Of a stretch of 38,242 nucleotides of DNA, positions 8,526-17,402 are shown one piece after another. The stretch is taken from sequence record SRR2962707_2366; one strand, 5' to 3'. Each line of letters starts with the position of its first letter. Within the stretch, counting starts at the first letter, position 1. A program made the translations under genes and the position numbers. The notes under the pieces are model-generated. The model ran no database searches and was not told the DNA's origin. It worked only from the letters and a program-made list of their open reading frames with translations.

Positions 8526-9407
8526 TCAAGAAAGGTGCGCACGCAGCCATTCCATTGTTCTCATGATGGCTTTCCGGCGGGCTTCGGGATTGCTGCCGGT
8601 ATGGACTTCCCTCTGACCCGATGCATACCCTGAGTGTTTGGTGACGATGGTCTTCAGCTTGGCGCTCGGATGATCGAAGTTGTGATAGGCATCCGGATAG
8701 ACGTCGATGAATACCGGCGGGCTATTAGCGTTTTCGCCAATTTTGCGAACCAGCTTCTGGCAGGGTTCCGCCAGGGTCCAGTCATCCAGGGCGCCGTGCT
8801 GTATCAGAGTGGGTATGCGTGGCCGGTAATTCGGATATGCTTTAGCAAGCGCGATGCAGCCGGGATAGAAAACGACGGCCGTGCGGAAATCAGGTTTTAC
8901 CGGCGATGGGGCGGCATCTGCACCGTCCCGGATTGAATGCAGCCCCGTCATGGCACCATTCGACCAGCCGAGCAGGGCAACCCGGTCTGGATCCACACCG
9001 GGTTGCACCGCGAGAAACTTCAGCGCAGCCATGGTATCAAAAGGGCGCTGCTTTTCCGGGGTTACGGGACGGTCTTTCGTCTGGCAGAGACTGCCATATC
9101 CCCGCGAACCGAAACTGTCCGGCAGGATCATGGCCCAGCCCTCGCTCTGCAGGATGTCGATCCAGGCCCGTTCGCGAGCGCGGACCTTGCCGGATTTAGT
9201 AAACAGACCGGCACAGCCATGCAGCATGACGACGGCGGGTGACGGTGACTTGCCGGGGGGTGGCGGAATGAAGACGGCTTCAATCGTTTCGCCCAAAGCG
9301 TTCTGAAAACGTATCCGTTCTTCAGCGGACGCGCCGGAAGTGACGAAAAGAAAGCAAAAAAGGAGGATCAGCCCGGCCCGGCCGGGCGATCCGGTGAGTT
9401 TGTTCAA
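8526..9407 (-). CDS. Exported dienelactone-hydrolase-family alpha/beta hydrolase
   Basis: 293 aa. N-terminal signal peptide (..GASA-EE), HGCAG, nucleophile elbow GWSNG, FYPGC, HGALDDW, YPDAYHNFD. TTG start overlaps the upstream TGA. Confidence 0.85.
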   Translation of the reverse strand: MNKLTGSPGRAGLILLFCFLFVTSGASAEERIRFQNALGETIEAVFIPPPPGKSPSPAVVMLHGCAGLFTKSGKVRARERAWIDILQSEGWAMILPDSFGSRGYGSLCQTKDRPVTPEKQRPFDTMAALKFLAVQPGVDPDRVALLGWSNGAMTGLHSIRDGADAAPSPVKPDFRTAVVFYPGCIALAKAYPNYRPRIPTLIQHGALDDWTLAEPCQKLVRKIGENANSPPVFIDVYPDAYHNFDHPSAKLKTIVTKHSGYASGQREVHTGSNPEARRKAIMRTMEWLRAHLS

Positions 9408-9874
9408 CTGGCGATCTTCCAGGTGCCGTCCGGTTGGCGGCAGGCGGTGCCCACGCCTTTTTCCTGTTTGCCGTCAACGTAGATGGACGTTTCGAATTCA
9501 CGGCAATCCGTGCCTTCTGAACTCCGGTACGTGTTGACCGGGGTGACAGTGCCGGAATGACCGGAATCCGGGTTGCGCCAGGTCGAGGCCTGACCGACCT
9601 TGTTGTATTCAAGTGCATCCTGTGCGGTGCGCTGTGCATACTGCTTGTCAGCCTTGTCGAGAGACTTGCCGACTTCGCTACCTGCCCAGGCACCGGCCAG
9701 TGTCCCGACGGCGATAGCCGCCATTGCGCCCTTGCCGCCACCGATCTGCGAACCCAGCAACGCACCCAGACCGGCTCCGGCCAGCGTGCCGACGGTTTCC
9801 TTTTCGCGTCCCTGTTCACATGCAGTCAGCGCGACACAAAGTAGCGCGGCGGTAAGAATTTTTGGCGTATGCAT
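9404..9874 (-). CDS. 17-kDa surface antigen-like lipoprotein (glycine zipper 2TM; RT0821/Lpp0805 family)
   Basis: Lipobox LTAC, glycine zipper GTLAGAGLGALLGSQIGGG..., WRNPDSGHSG, CREF, GTACRQPDGTW. Start probably ATG 9874 (alternatives 9892, 9898). Confidence 0.9.
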   Translation of the reverse strand: MHTPKILTAALLCVALTACEQGREKETVGTLAGAGLGALLGSQIGGGKGAMAAIAVGTLAGAWAGSEVGKSLDKADKQYAQRTAQDALEYNKVGQASTWRNPDSGHSGTVTPVNTYRSSEGTDCREFETSIYVDGKQEKGVGTACRQPDGTWKIAS

Positions 9875-10053
9875 AACGGTAATGCCCTTCATCGTCATTC
9901 AAAGGTGAATTTTAGAACTAATACTGTGAAACAGGTCATATCTGCACGGCAAAGTTCTTCGTGATCGTTTGTCGACTTTCACCCTATATCCATATATCAA
10001 CAGGATATGGCGAAATTACGGCAAAAAGTAGCCTCCATTCTTAACATCTTTCA

Positions 10054-10662
10054 GTGACGGTAATCACGGGGCCCGGTATGGCAGATTTCAAAGAACCCTT
10101 TGAGCTTTTCGGTAACTGGTTCGACAAAGCCAAGGAAAGCGAACCAAATGACCCCAATGCCATGAACCTGGCGACGGCGACACCGGATGGCCGTCCCTCG
10201 TCACGCATGGTGCTGTTGAAGGATTTCGATACGGAAGGGTTTGTTTTCTACACGAATCTTGAGAGCAATAAAGGACGGCAGTTGGCAGCGAATGCCCATG
10301 TGGCACTGAATTTCCACTGGAAAAGCTTGCGCAAACAGGTCCGGGTCGAAGGCCCGGCTGCACCTGTCAGTGATGAGGAGGCAGATGCCTATTTCCAGTC
10401 CCGAGCCCGAGGCAGCCGAATCGGGGCCTGGGCATCTGAACAGTCCCGGCCGATGGAAGGCATGTTCGTGCTGGAACGCCGTGTTGCCGAGTTCACGGCG
10501 AAATTCGGCATCGGTGAAGTGCCGCGCCCTGACCATTGGTCCGGGTTTCGTGTCGACCCCCAGCTAATTGAATTCTGGTCAGACGGCAAATTTCGTCTGC
10601 ACGAACGGATCGTTTACCATCGCGATGGTGACGCGTGGAAGACGGAGCGCCTTTTCCCGTGA
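10054..10662 (+). CDS. pdxH: Pyridoxamine 5'-phosphate oxidase
   Basis: [43 protein letters not shown]....RLHER. Start GTG 10054 or ATG 10078. Confidence 0.97.
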   Translation: MTVITGPGMADFKEPFELFGNWFDKAKESEPNDPNAMNLATATPDGRPSSRMVLLKDFDTEGFVFYTNLESNKGRQLAANAHVALNFHWKSLRKQVRVEGPAAPVSDEEADAYFQSRARGSRIGAWASEQSRPMEGMFVLERRVAEFTAKFGIGEVPRPDHWSGFRVDPQLIEFWSDGKFRLHERIVYHRDGDAWKTERLFP

Positions 10663-11609
10663 GCCAAAGCCACGAACCATCGAAAGAAAGCCCTTCACAA
10701 GGCCTGCATCAGCCTGTGATTCAGGGTGGGGGATTGATGCGTGCGGCCGCAATTGCTTCGGTCAGCGTCGCGACGGTTTTGATCATCACCAAGTTTGCAG
10801 CATGGCTGATGACGGATTCCGTCAGTCTATTGTCGACCCTGCTTGATTCGTTTCTTGATGCCGCGGCCTCGCTGATCAATCTGTTCGCCGTCCATCAGGC
10901 ATTGCAGCCTGCCGACAGGGAACACCGCTTCGGTCATGGCAAGGCGGAGCCTTTGGCAAGTCTGGCACAGGCAGCTTTCATCTGCGGTTCTGCCGTACTT
11001 CTGCTGGTTCAGGCGGGGGAGCGCCTTGCACACCCCCGCGATGTCATGAATACGGAAATCGGCTATGCGGTGATGGTATTTTCGATCGTGCTGACGATCA
11101 TGCTGGTGATCTTCCAGCGGTATGTGGTTCGTAAATCCGGCTCTGTTGCCATTGATGCCGACAGTCTGCACTACAAAACCGATGTGCTGATCAACCTGGG
11201 TGTCATGGTGTCGCTTTTCCTTTCGAGCTATTTTGCCTGGCAATATGCGGACCCGCTGATCGCTATCCTGATCGCGCTGTACATCGTTAAAGGGGCATGG
11301 GAAATCGGTACATCGGCGTTGGCAATTCTCATGGATAGGGAACTCGAAGACGCAGACCGTCAGAAAATTCGTGACATCGTCATGGCGCACACAGAAGTCA
11401 AAGGGTTACATGATCTGAGAACCCGCTCATCTGGGGTGCATGTCTTCATTCAATTCCATCTTGAACTCGACGGTTCGATGAAACTCAAAGAAGCGCACGA
11501 TATCTCTGAAGAGGTCGAACAGGAATTGATGGACGCTTTCCCCAATGCAGAAGTTATTATCCACGAAGATCCTGAAGGGGTCGAAGAAATGCGGGCATCC
11601 TTTCGCTGA
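10659..11609 (+). CDS. fieF: Cation diffusion facilitator, FieF/YiiP type
   Basis: Six TM segments. Site A residues DSFLD and [22 protein letters not shown] loop, HDLRTR, C-terminal IIHEDP. Start probably GTG 10659 (GTGA overlap with pdxH). Confidence 0.9.
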   Translation: MSQSHEPSKESPSQGLHQPVIQGGGLMRAAAIASVSVATVLIITKFAAWLMTDSVSLLSTLLDSFLDAAASLINLFAVHQALQPADREHRFGHGKAEPLASLAQAAFICGSAVLLLVQAGERLAHPRDVMNTEIGYAVMVFSIVLTIMLVIFQRYVVRKSGSVAIDADSLHYKTDVLINLGVMVSLFLSSYFAWQYADPLIAILIALYIVKGAWEIGTSALAILMDRELEDADRQKIRDIVMAHTEVKGLHDLRTRSSGVHVFIQFHLELDGSMKLKEAHDISEEVEQELMDAFPNAEVIIHEDPEGVEEMRASFR

Positions 11610-11612
11610 GAC

Positions 11613-13157
11613 ATGACGGCACCTGAGCACGAACAGCAGCATGTGATTGATTTTCTGACGGCGTTACTCAGTGAAAACGGGGTGCCGCCGAAGATCGTCA
11701 TGACGCATATCTCGGTCATTTTTCTGACGGGGACGAAGGCATACAAGCTGAAGCGTGCCGTGAAATATTCTTTTCTTGATTTCACGTCACTTGAAGCGCG
11801 CAAGGATGCCTGTGCCAAAGAAGTGGAAATCAACAAGCGGACGGCCCCCAACATCTACAAGGGGGTCATCGCAATAACCGAACAGAACGGGACGTATGAA
11901 CTTGGCGGCAGCGGTCCGGTGCGGGATTGGCTCGTTGAGATGGCCCGGTTTGATGAGGATACATTGTTCGACAGGCTGGCCAGAGTTGATAGGGGGCTGC
12001 GGCGCCCTATGGTCGAAGATCTGGCCGACGTGATTGCGGATTTTCATGCGCATGCGGATGTGAAAAAGGCCGCCGGTGGCGCCGCAGGTATCCGGAAGAT
12101 TGCTGAAAACAACGTCAGAGCCTTTGATCAACAGCACGCGACCGGCATTTTTGATGCAAGTCGGGTTGCTGCGCTCACGTCAAAAACTCTGGAGATGATC
12201 GATCAATCCGCCAGTGTGCTGGATGTGCGCCGTGACAACGGCCGGGTCCGGGCCTGCCACGGTGATCTTCACCTCAGGAATATCTGTCTGGTGGACGGCA
12301 AGCCGACACTGTTCGATGCGATCGAGTTTTCCAGTGATTTCTCGGATATCGATGTACTCTACGATCTTGCCTTTCTGCTGATGGATCTTGATTCCCATGA
12401 CAGGCGCCGGTTGTCGTCATTTCTGTTAAACCGCTATCTGGATGTCGGCGAAGAGGACATGGATATGTTCCGTGTATTGCCGATCTTTCTGACAATGCGT
12501 GCCCAGATACGTGCACATGTCGGTGCAGCAATTGCCGTGTCGCAATCCGATCCTGAGATCGCAGATCAGGAAAAGGCTAATGCGCAGGAGTATCTCGATC
12601 TGGCGGAGACGTATGTTCAGGAAAACCCACCCCGTGTTGTCGCTGTCGGCGGATTATCCGGTTCCGGCAAATCCCGCCTGGCCAGAGAAATCGCGTCCTA
12701 CCTGGGACGGGCGCCCGGTGCGCGGGTCGTCCGTACGGATGTCGTCCGTAAACGTCTATGCGGCATCCATCCCAACAAGACACTGGGACCTGAAGGCTAC
12801 ACGTTTGAAGTGACGGAAAAGACCTACGAGGCCTTCCTTGATCAGGCGAGGGCAGCACTCATGAGCGGCCAGTGCGTTGTACTCGACGCGGTATTCGCAA
12901 ACCCGGCACAACGCAAAGCTGCCCGGGAATTGGCTCAATCCTGCAAGGTGCCGTTCAACGGCATCTGGGTCGATGCGCCTGAGGACGTCCGCGTTGAACG
13001 CGTCATGTCGCGAAAACGGAATGTTTCCGACGTCACGGTGGATGTTGCGCGAGACCAAACAGGGTATAATCTCGGCGAGGTTGACTGGGCCATGGTTGAC
13101 AGTTCGGGTAAGAAAAAAGAAACGGTCCGGCAGGCACTCAGTATCTTGAAGCTTTAA
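11613..13157 (+). CDS. Aminoglycoside-phosphotransferase-like domain fused to P-loop kinase (AAA_33); Rv2004c-like
   Basis: 514 aa. THISVIFL, AYKLKRAV..FLDF, Brenner-like HGDLHLRNI, FDAIEF, DVLYDLAFLLMDL. Walker A GLSGSGKS, RTDVVRK, VLDAVF. Confidence 0.88.
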   Translation: MTAPEHEQQHVIDFLTALLSENGVPPKIVMTHISVIFLTGTKAYKLKRAVKYSFLDFTSLEARKDACAKEVEINKRTAPNIYKGVIAITEQNGTYELGGSGPVRDWLVEMARFDEDTLFDRLARVDRGLRRPMVEDLADVIADFHAHADVKKAAGGAAGIRKIAENNVRAFDQQHATGIFDASRVAALTSKTLEMIDQSASVLDVRRDNGRVRACHGDLHLRNICLVDGKPTLFDAIEFSSDFSDIDVLYDLAFLLMDLDSHDRRRLSSFLLNRYLDVGEEDMDMFRVLPIFLTMRAQIRAHVGAAIAVSQSDPEIADQEKANAQEYLDLAETYVQENPPRVVAVGGLSGSGKSRLAREIASYLGRAPGARVVRTDVVRKRLCGIHPNKTLGPEGYTFEVTEKTYEAFLDQARAALMSGQCVVLDAVFANPAQRKAARELAQSCKVPFNGIWVDAPEDVRVERVMSRKRNVSDVTVDVARDQTGYNLGEVDWAMVDSSGKKKETVRQALSILKL

Positions 13158-13231
13158 GGACCCTTTGCGAATGTTCCTGAAAAAGCGCATGATATTGCAT
13201 AATAATAAACACAGGCTGGTTGAGGTTTCCA

Positions 13232-14095
13232 ATGGTCAACACGATCTTATGCCCTTTGAGCGGCGCCCCTGAAAACGAGGAAGTTCTGAACAAGGCGTAT
13301 TCAGTCGCCAAGGATCTGAACAGTCATCTTGAGGTTCTTCACGTTGAGCCCGAAGCCAAGGAATCCATTCCTTTGCTTGGCGAAGGGATGTCTGTCGCCA
13401 TGGTCGAGGACATGATCACCATGGCCGAGAAGGAAGCATCCGAACGCGTAGCACGTGCTCGACAGCTTTTTGATGAAAGTGTCAAAAGACACAATGCGAA
13501 AATTGCCGACGCGCCGACGGATGTAAAGTCGATGACGGTCTCGTGGCGTCACGAACATGGACGTGAGGATGAGGTCGTGGCACGCATTGGGCGGCTCAAC
13601 GATCTGATCGTCGTGGCACGGCCTGGCGACAGCGATGATGTGCTGACGCCGATGACCCTGAATGCCGCCATCTTCGAGAGCGGGCGCCCGGTTTTGGTTG
13701 TGCCCCCAGGGTCTGCAAGCTCGGCCCGAAAACGGATAGCGATATCCTGGAACGGGAGTGTTCAATCAGCCCGGGCGGTCTCTTCGGCTGTCAGGGTGCT
13801 GGAACAGGCTGATGCGGTGATGGTCCTGACAGCGGACAGCTTCAGGACGTCAGGTGCACGCGGCACCGAACTTGCGCAGTACCTTAAATGGCATGGAATT
13901 ACGCCGGACACTAAGATATTCGAAGCAGCTGCGGGCAGTGTTGGGCCCAAGCTGCTAGAAGAATGTGAGAAGTTCGGTGCAGACCTTCTGGTCAGCGGTG
14001 CTTATACACATAGCCGCATGCGGCAGCTGATTCTTGGTGGTGTGACCAAGCATGTGCTCGGGCATGCAAAAATCCCGATGCTGATGGCGCACTAG
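13232..14095 (+). CDS. Tandem universal stress protein
   Basis: 287 aa from ATG 13232 (SD GAGG). TILCPL, DLIVVAR, SGRPVLVVP, ISWNGS..SARA, DLLVSGAYTHSR..LGGVT. Confidence 0.92.
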   Translation: MVNTILCPLSGAPENEEVLNKAYSVAKDLNSHLEVLHVEPEAKESIPLLGEGMSVAMVEDMITMAEKEASERVARARQLFDESVKRHNAKIADAPTDVKSMTVSWRHEHGREDEVVARIGRLNDLIVVARPGDSDDVLTPMTLNAAIFESGRPVLVVPPGSASSARKRIAISWNGSVQSARAVSSAVRVLEQADAVMVLTADSFRTSGARGTELAQYLKWHGITPDTKIFEAAAGSVGPKLLEECEKFGADLLVSGAYTHSRMRQLILGGVTKHVLGHAKIPMLMAH

Positions 14096-14113
14096 CACTA
14101 GGGTGCGGGTTGC

Positions 14114-14869
14114 TCACGATTTGGGACGCAGGACCCTCGCCATATATTCGGCTGGTTCCGGACTGTCATAAGAAGCTGCAAAGGCCTGCATGCTTTCCGC
14201 TATGGCGGTATCCGTCTGTAAATCGTCCCAGGACTGACAAAGCCTTTTTTGTGTCCTCACGGCTTGCGGGGCCGACTTGAGAATTGCTTCCACAGCGGCA
14301 TCGACTGTGTGATCAAGTTCATCCGGGGCGACAAGTTTTTCGACAAATCCCCAATCGAACGCGGTTTCGGCATCGATGACTTCGCCGGATAATACAAGCC
14401 AGTTTGCACGACCGCGGCCCATCAGTCGGGGAAGAAGTACGGCCTGAATAACAGATGGAATGCCAACGCGGACTTCAGGCATGCAGAAGGAGGCGTTTCG
14501 GCTGGCTATTCTAAGATCACATGCTGCGGCCATCTCCATAGCGCCGCCGATACAGGCACCTTGCAGGCGGCAGATCACCGGGACCGGAATGTCGGCAATC
14601 GCCTGGATGGCCCGCCGCAGATTATCAATGAAACCGAAAGCGGTATCACGGGTGAGGGCGGCAAGCTCGGTAATGTCAGCGCCAGCGGAAAAGACCTTTT
14701 CGCCTTCGGATCGCAAAATGACCACGCGCAGGTTCGGGTCAGTTGAAAGCGCCTGTGCGGCATCGACGATCCCGTTGACGATCTCCGTGTTCAGGGCATT
14801 TCGCTTTTCAAACCTTTTGATGATGATGTTGGCGACGCCGTTGGAGTCTGTTTCGTACGCAACGCTCAT
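14114..14869 (-). CDS. Enoyl-CoA hydratase/isomerase family protein
   Basis: 251 aa. KRNALN, FSAGADI, GACIGGAMEM..CDLRIA, MPEVRVG. Both catalytic Glu are present. Confidence 0.92.
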   Translation of the reverse strand: MSVAYETDSNGVANIIIKRFEKRNALNTEIVNGIVDAAQALSTDPNLRVVILRSEGEKVFSAGADITELAALTRDTAFGFIDNLRRAIQAIADIPVPVICRLQGACIGGAMEMAAACDLRIASRNASFCMPEVRVGIPSVIQAVLLPRLMGRGRANWLVLSGEVIDAETAFDWGFVEKLVAPDELDHTVDAAVEAILKSAPQAVRTQKRLCQSWDDLQTDTAIAESMQAFAASYDSPEPAEYMARVLRPKS

Positions 14870-14883
14870 GAATGATATTTCCT

Positions 14884-15804
14884 CTATTTTTTTATTGGCC
14901 AGAGCCAGGCTGCGCCCCTGACGCCGGAACTGTCACCGTGTTTGTTCTTCAAGATAGGGGTTTCACAGACATCCGAAAATACATACTGGGAGAGAATGCC
15001 CGATAAGCTGTCATAGATCGCATCCAGTCTGGATAGACCTCCGCCAAACACGACTACATCAGGGTCGAGAATGTTGATGACACCGGCAATTGCTCGTGCA
15101 AGCCGGTCTAGATAGCGCTCAAGCGCTTCCAGGGCGGTCGCATCGCCTGTGTGGGCACGTGCGGCAATTTCCGTCGCAGATAGGTCCTGGCCTCCGGCAG
15201 CTATGAAATCACGCGTAAATCCGGGCCCTGAGAGGAACGTCTCGATGCAGCCATTTTTGCCGCAATAGCAGGTTGGCCCGGGCAATTCGGATACGCCCAT
15301 GGTTTCCCGGGGCCATGGCAGGGGATTATGCCCCCATTCCCCGGCGATGGCGTTCAGACCTGCATGGACCTGTCCATCAATGGCGATGCCGCCACCCACA
15401 CCTGTCCCCAGTATAACCCCGAAGACCATGCCACAGCCTTTACCTGCACCGTCGACGGCTTCGGAAACGGCAAAGCAGTTTGCATCATTGGCTAATCTGA
15501 CTTTTCGTTGAAGTGCTTCTGCCAGATCACGATCCAGCTCATGACCGATCAGCCAGGTCGAATTGGCATTTTTGACGAGCCGGGTGCGGGGCGATATGGC
15601 CCCGGGGATGCCGATGCCCACGGGGGTATCGGCAGGACAACCGGCTTTCGCAGCAATCGTCACCGTCAGCTGTTTGATGGATAGAATCGTTGCAGCGTAA
15701 TCGCCTTGTGGGCTGTCGATGCGCAAACGTGCCCGTTCGGTGCCCCCATCGTCGAGGACGATGCCTTCTATTTTTGTCCCACCAAGATCGATGCCAATTC
15801 TCAT
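14884..15804 (-). CDS. ROK-family sugar kinase (Mak/NagK-like)
   Basis: 306 aa. GIDLGGTKIE, NDANCFA, GTGVGGG, GEWGH, zinc motif CYCGKNGCIE, GDSSGVRGAAWL. Confidence 0.93.
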   Translation of the reverse strand: MRIGIDLGGTKIEGIVLDDGGTERARLRIDSPQGDYAATILSIKQLTVTIAAKAGCPADTPVGIGIPGAISPRTRLVKNANSTWLIGHELDRDLAEALQRKVRLANDANCFAVSEAVDGAGKGCGMVFGVILGTGVGGGIAIDGQVHAGLNAIAGEWGHNPLPWPRETMGVSELPGPTCYCGKNGCIETFLSGPGFTRDFIAAGGQDLSATEIAARAHTGDATALEALERYLDRLARAIAGVINILDPDVVVFGGGLSRLDAIYDSLSGILSQYVFSDVCETPILKNKHGDSSGVRGAAWLWPIKK

Positions 15805-15897
15805 AATATCAGACTAACGCAACCCAAACCGTGAGGGGAGACCCGAAAAGATTGAAATTACTATATTTTGTGAGTTGTACGATATGTGGGTTTTTTG

Positions 15898-15939
15898 TTA
15901 ACCATTATATACAAAGATTAGTCGAAGCCGATTCGGCTT
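15898..15939. promoter_or_regulatory. TTAACCAT (CtrA-type half-site) plus GANTC-centred 7-1-7 palindrome
   Basis: TTAACCAT at 15898-15905 and AAGCCGA-T-TCGGCTT at 15925-15939, in an AT-rich divergent promoter region. Confidence 0.45.
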
Positions 15940-15971
15940 TGGCAATAACTGGGCATTCTGGGGTTTTCGCA

Positions 15972-16445
15972 ATGAGGGAAGATGTAATTGGGTCCGGTGA
16001 TCCGGAAACTGACATTGCTGTAGCCTGGGCGCCGGACATGATTGATGTCAGGCCTGTTTTTCGCGGTCTCGCCGATGGCGGCATTGCGGGCAAGGACATC
16101 GCCCGAATGCTGGGTGTTGCGCCCTCAACGGTCAGCAAGTGGCGCCGGGGTGCCGCCAGACCGAACGAAGATGCCATACAGTTCCTGACGCTTATTCTTG
16201 CAGATGTTATCGGTGCCAAGGAGCGTACCCTGGATGCCATGGACAATGTCCCGCTGGCGTGGCGTCTGGGCCGTGAAAGTGAACTGGCAGCCATGCGCCA
16301 GTCACTTCTGCAGCAAGAAGCCATCAACCGTGTGCTCAAGCCGACGTCACTTCGTGACGGTGCACGGATGTTCAAGGACTGGTTGCAGCGTGCAAGCGCT
16401 CCCGTCCAGGCGATGCGTCCGCAAAGCGTGAGGGTCGTCGCGTGA
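15972..16445 (+). CDS. XRE/Cro-like HTH protein with unassigned helical C-terminal region
   Basis: GIAGKDIARMLGVAPSTVSKWRRGAARP is a classic XRE HTH pattern. Start moved from 15831 to ATG 15972 because the upstream part is AT-rich and looks non-coding. Confidence 0.75.
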   Translation: MREDVIGSGDPETDIAVAWAPDMIDVRPVFRGLADGGIAGKDIARMLGVAPSTVSKWRRGAARPNEDAIQFLTLILADVIGAKERTLDAMDNVPLAWRLGRESELAAMRQSLLQQEAINRVLKPTSLRDGARMFKDWLQRASAPVQAMRPQSVRVVA

Positions 16446-17347
16446 GCACTTCTGCTTTCAATGCGCTGGGACTGTCCCGGGAGGGACTGCAAACCGCGCT
16501 TGGCATCAAACTGAGTTATAAAAAGCGGGAGCCGATTGTCATTCCCGGTGATGAAGACCGGCTTTTGGTGCCGGAAAACCTGCTGAATAAGGAAATAGAC
16601 CTCTCCGGGCTGGAAGATCCGCTGGCGCTTGCGATGGTGTGTTCCCGCGATCCGGAAGGACCGATGGCCCTGGCCGCGACGGCACGGCTTTGCCCGCTTG
16701 GGAATTCGACGTCTCTGGTTCGCGGAGTCGTCGAAATCATCGGAGATACATCGCGCCATGAATTGGTGCGGGAATGCCTCAAATATGTAACCGATCATGC
16801 CTTTGAGCCCGATAGCATCGGCAAGGTGCGCCAGCATGCATCGAAGATCGTGACGGAGAGCCGTAAACAGTATACGGCGGCATTGCGCGAAAACCTGAAG
16901 TCATTGCTGGACGGCGAGATAGCGCCACGGCAATTCGTCCGTGAATTCTTTGAACTGACCGAGGCCGGAAATCTTCGCCAGGACATTCGCAAAAAGCTGA
17001 TCCTCAGCCTGCTGCTTTCCTCATCCGTGCGCCCGTCGATCAAGTTTCTGATGCTGGAGAATTTCGAGCGTATTCCCAAACAGGTGAAACTCGGCATCGT
17101 TTCGGCAGTCCTCAAGGCTGAACCGACGCGCCATACAGAGATCATCAAAGAAGAATTGAAATACATCATCACCCAGGAGCGGATCCTGCGCGAAGGCCAT
17201 GATATCAATGGCCGCCCGGCGCCGGAGAAAATTGCCGGTATCCAGCGCCCTACCGAGGGAGAGCGTATCCCGCAAGATTTCCCTATGCCGTTCCCGGGCG
17301 AGCAGCATCCCGAACGTCCCCGTCCCGGTTTCGGGCTGAAATCCTGA
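16442..17347 (+). CDS. Hypothetical, probably alpha-helical protein (301 aa)
   Basis: Long ORF with host-like codon style and amphipathic helical patterning. GTGA overlap with the HTH gene. Pro-rich C-terminal tail. No motif recognised. Confidence 0.8.
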   Translation: MSTSAFNALGLSREGLQTALGIKLSYKKREPIVIPGDEDRLLVPENLLNKEIDLSGLEDPLALAMVCSRDPEGPMALAATARLCPLGNSTSLVRGVVEIIGDTSRHELVRECLKYVTDHAFEPDSIGKVRQHASKIVTESRKQYTAALRENLKSLLDGEIAPRQFVREFFELTEAGNLRQDIRKKLILSLLLSSSVRPSIKFLMLENFERIPKQVKLGIVSAVLKAEPTRHTEIIKEELKYIITQERILREGHDINGRPAPEKIAGIQRPTEGERIPQDFPMPFPGEQHPERPRPGFGLKS

Positions 17348-17402
17348 TCGATACCGGCTACCCTCTGTTTGCATTTCCCTATTGAGAAGCTACAAACGCG
17401 AC

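Noticed and set aside
13158..13231. FNR/FixK box upstream of the USP gene
   Set aside because: The best candidate, ATGATATTGCATAA, does not fit TTGAT-N4-ATCAA.
15940..15955. Sigma54 promoter TGGCAATAACTGGGCA
   Set aside because: The GG-N10-GC spacing fits, but the -12 element lacks TTGC and the implied leader would be only a few nt.
15831..15971. 47-codon N-terminal extension of the HTH ORF in the ORF track
   Set aside because: AT-rich, atypical composition, and it overlaps the divergent promoter motifs; treated as non-coding.
15905..16837. 310-aa antisense ORF across the HTH/hypothetical pair
   Set aside because: No recognisable motifs and Arg/Ser-rich shadow composition. The + strand has an HTH motif and coupled genes.
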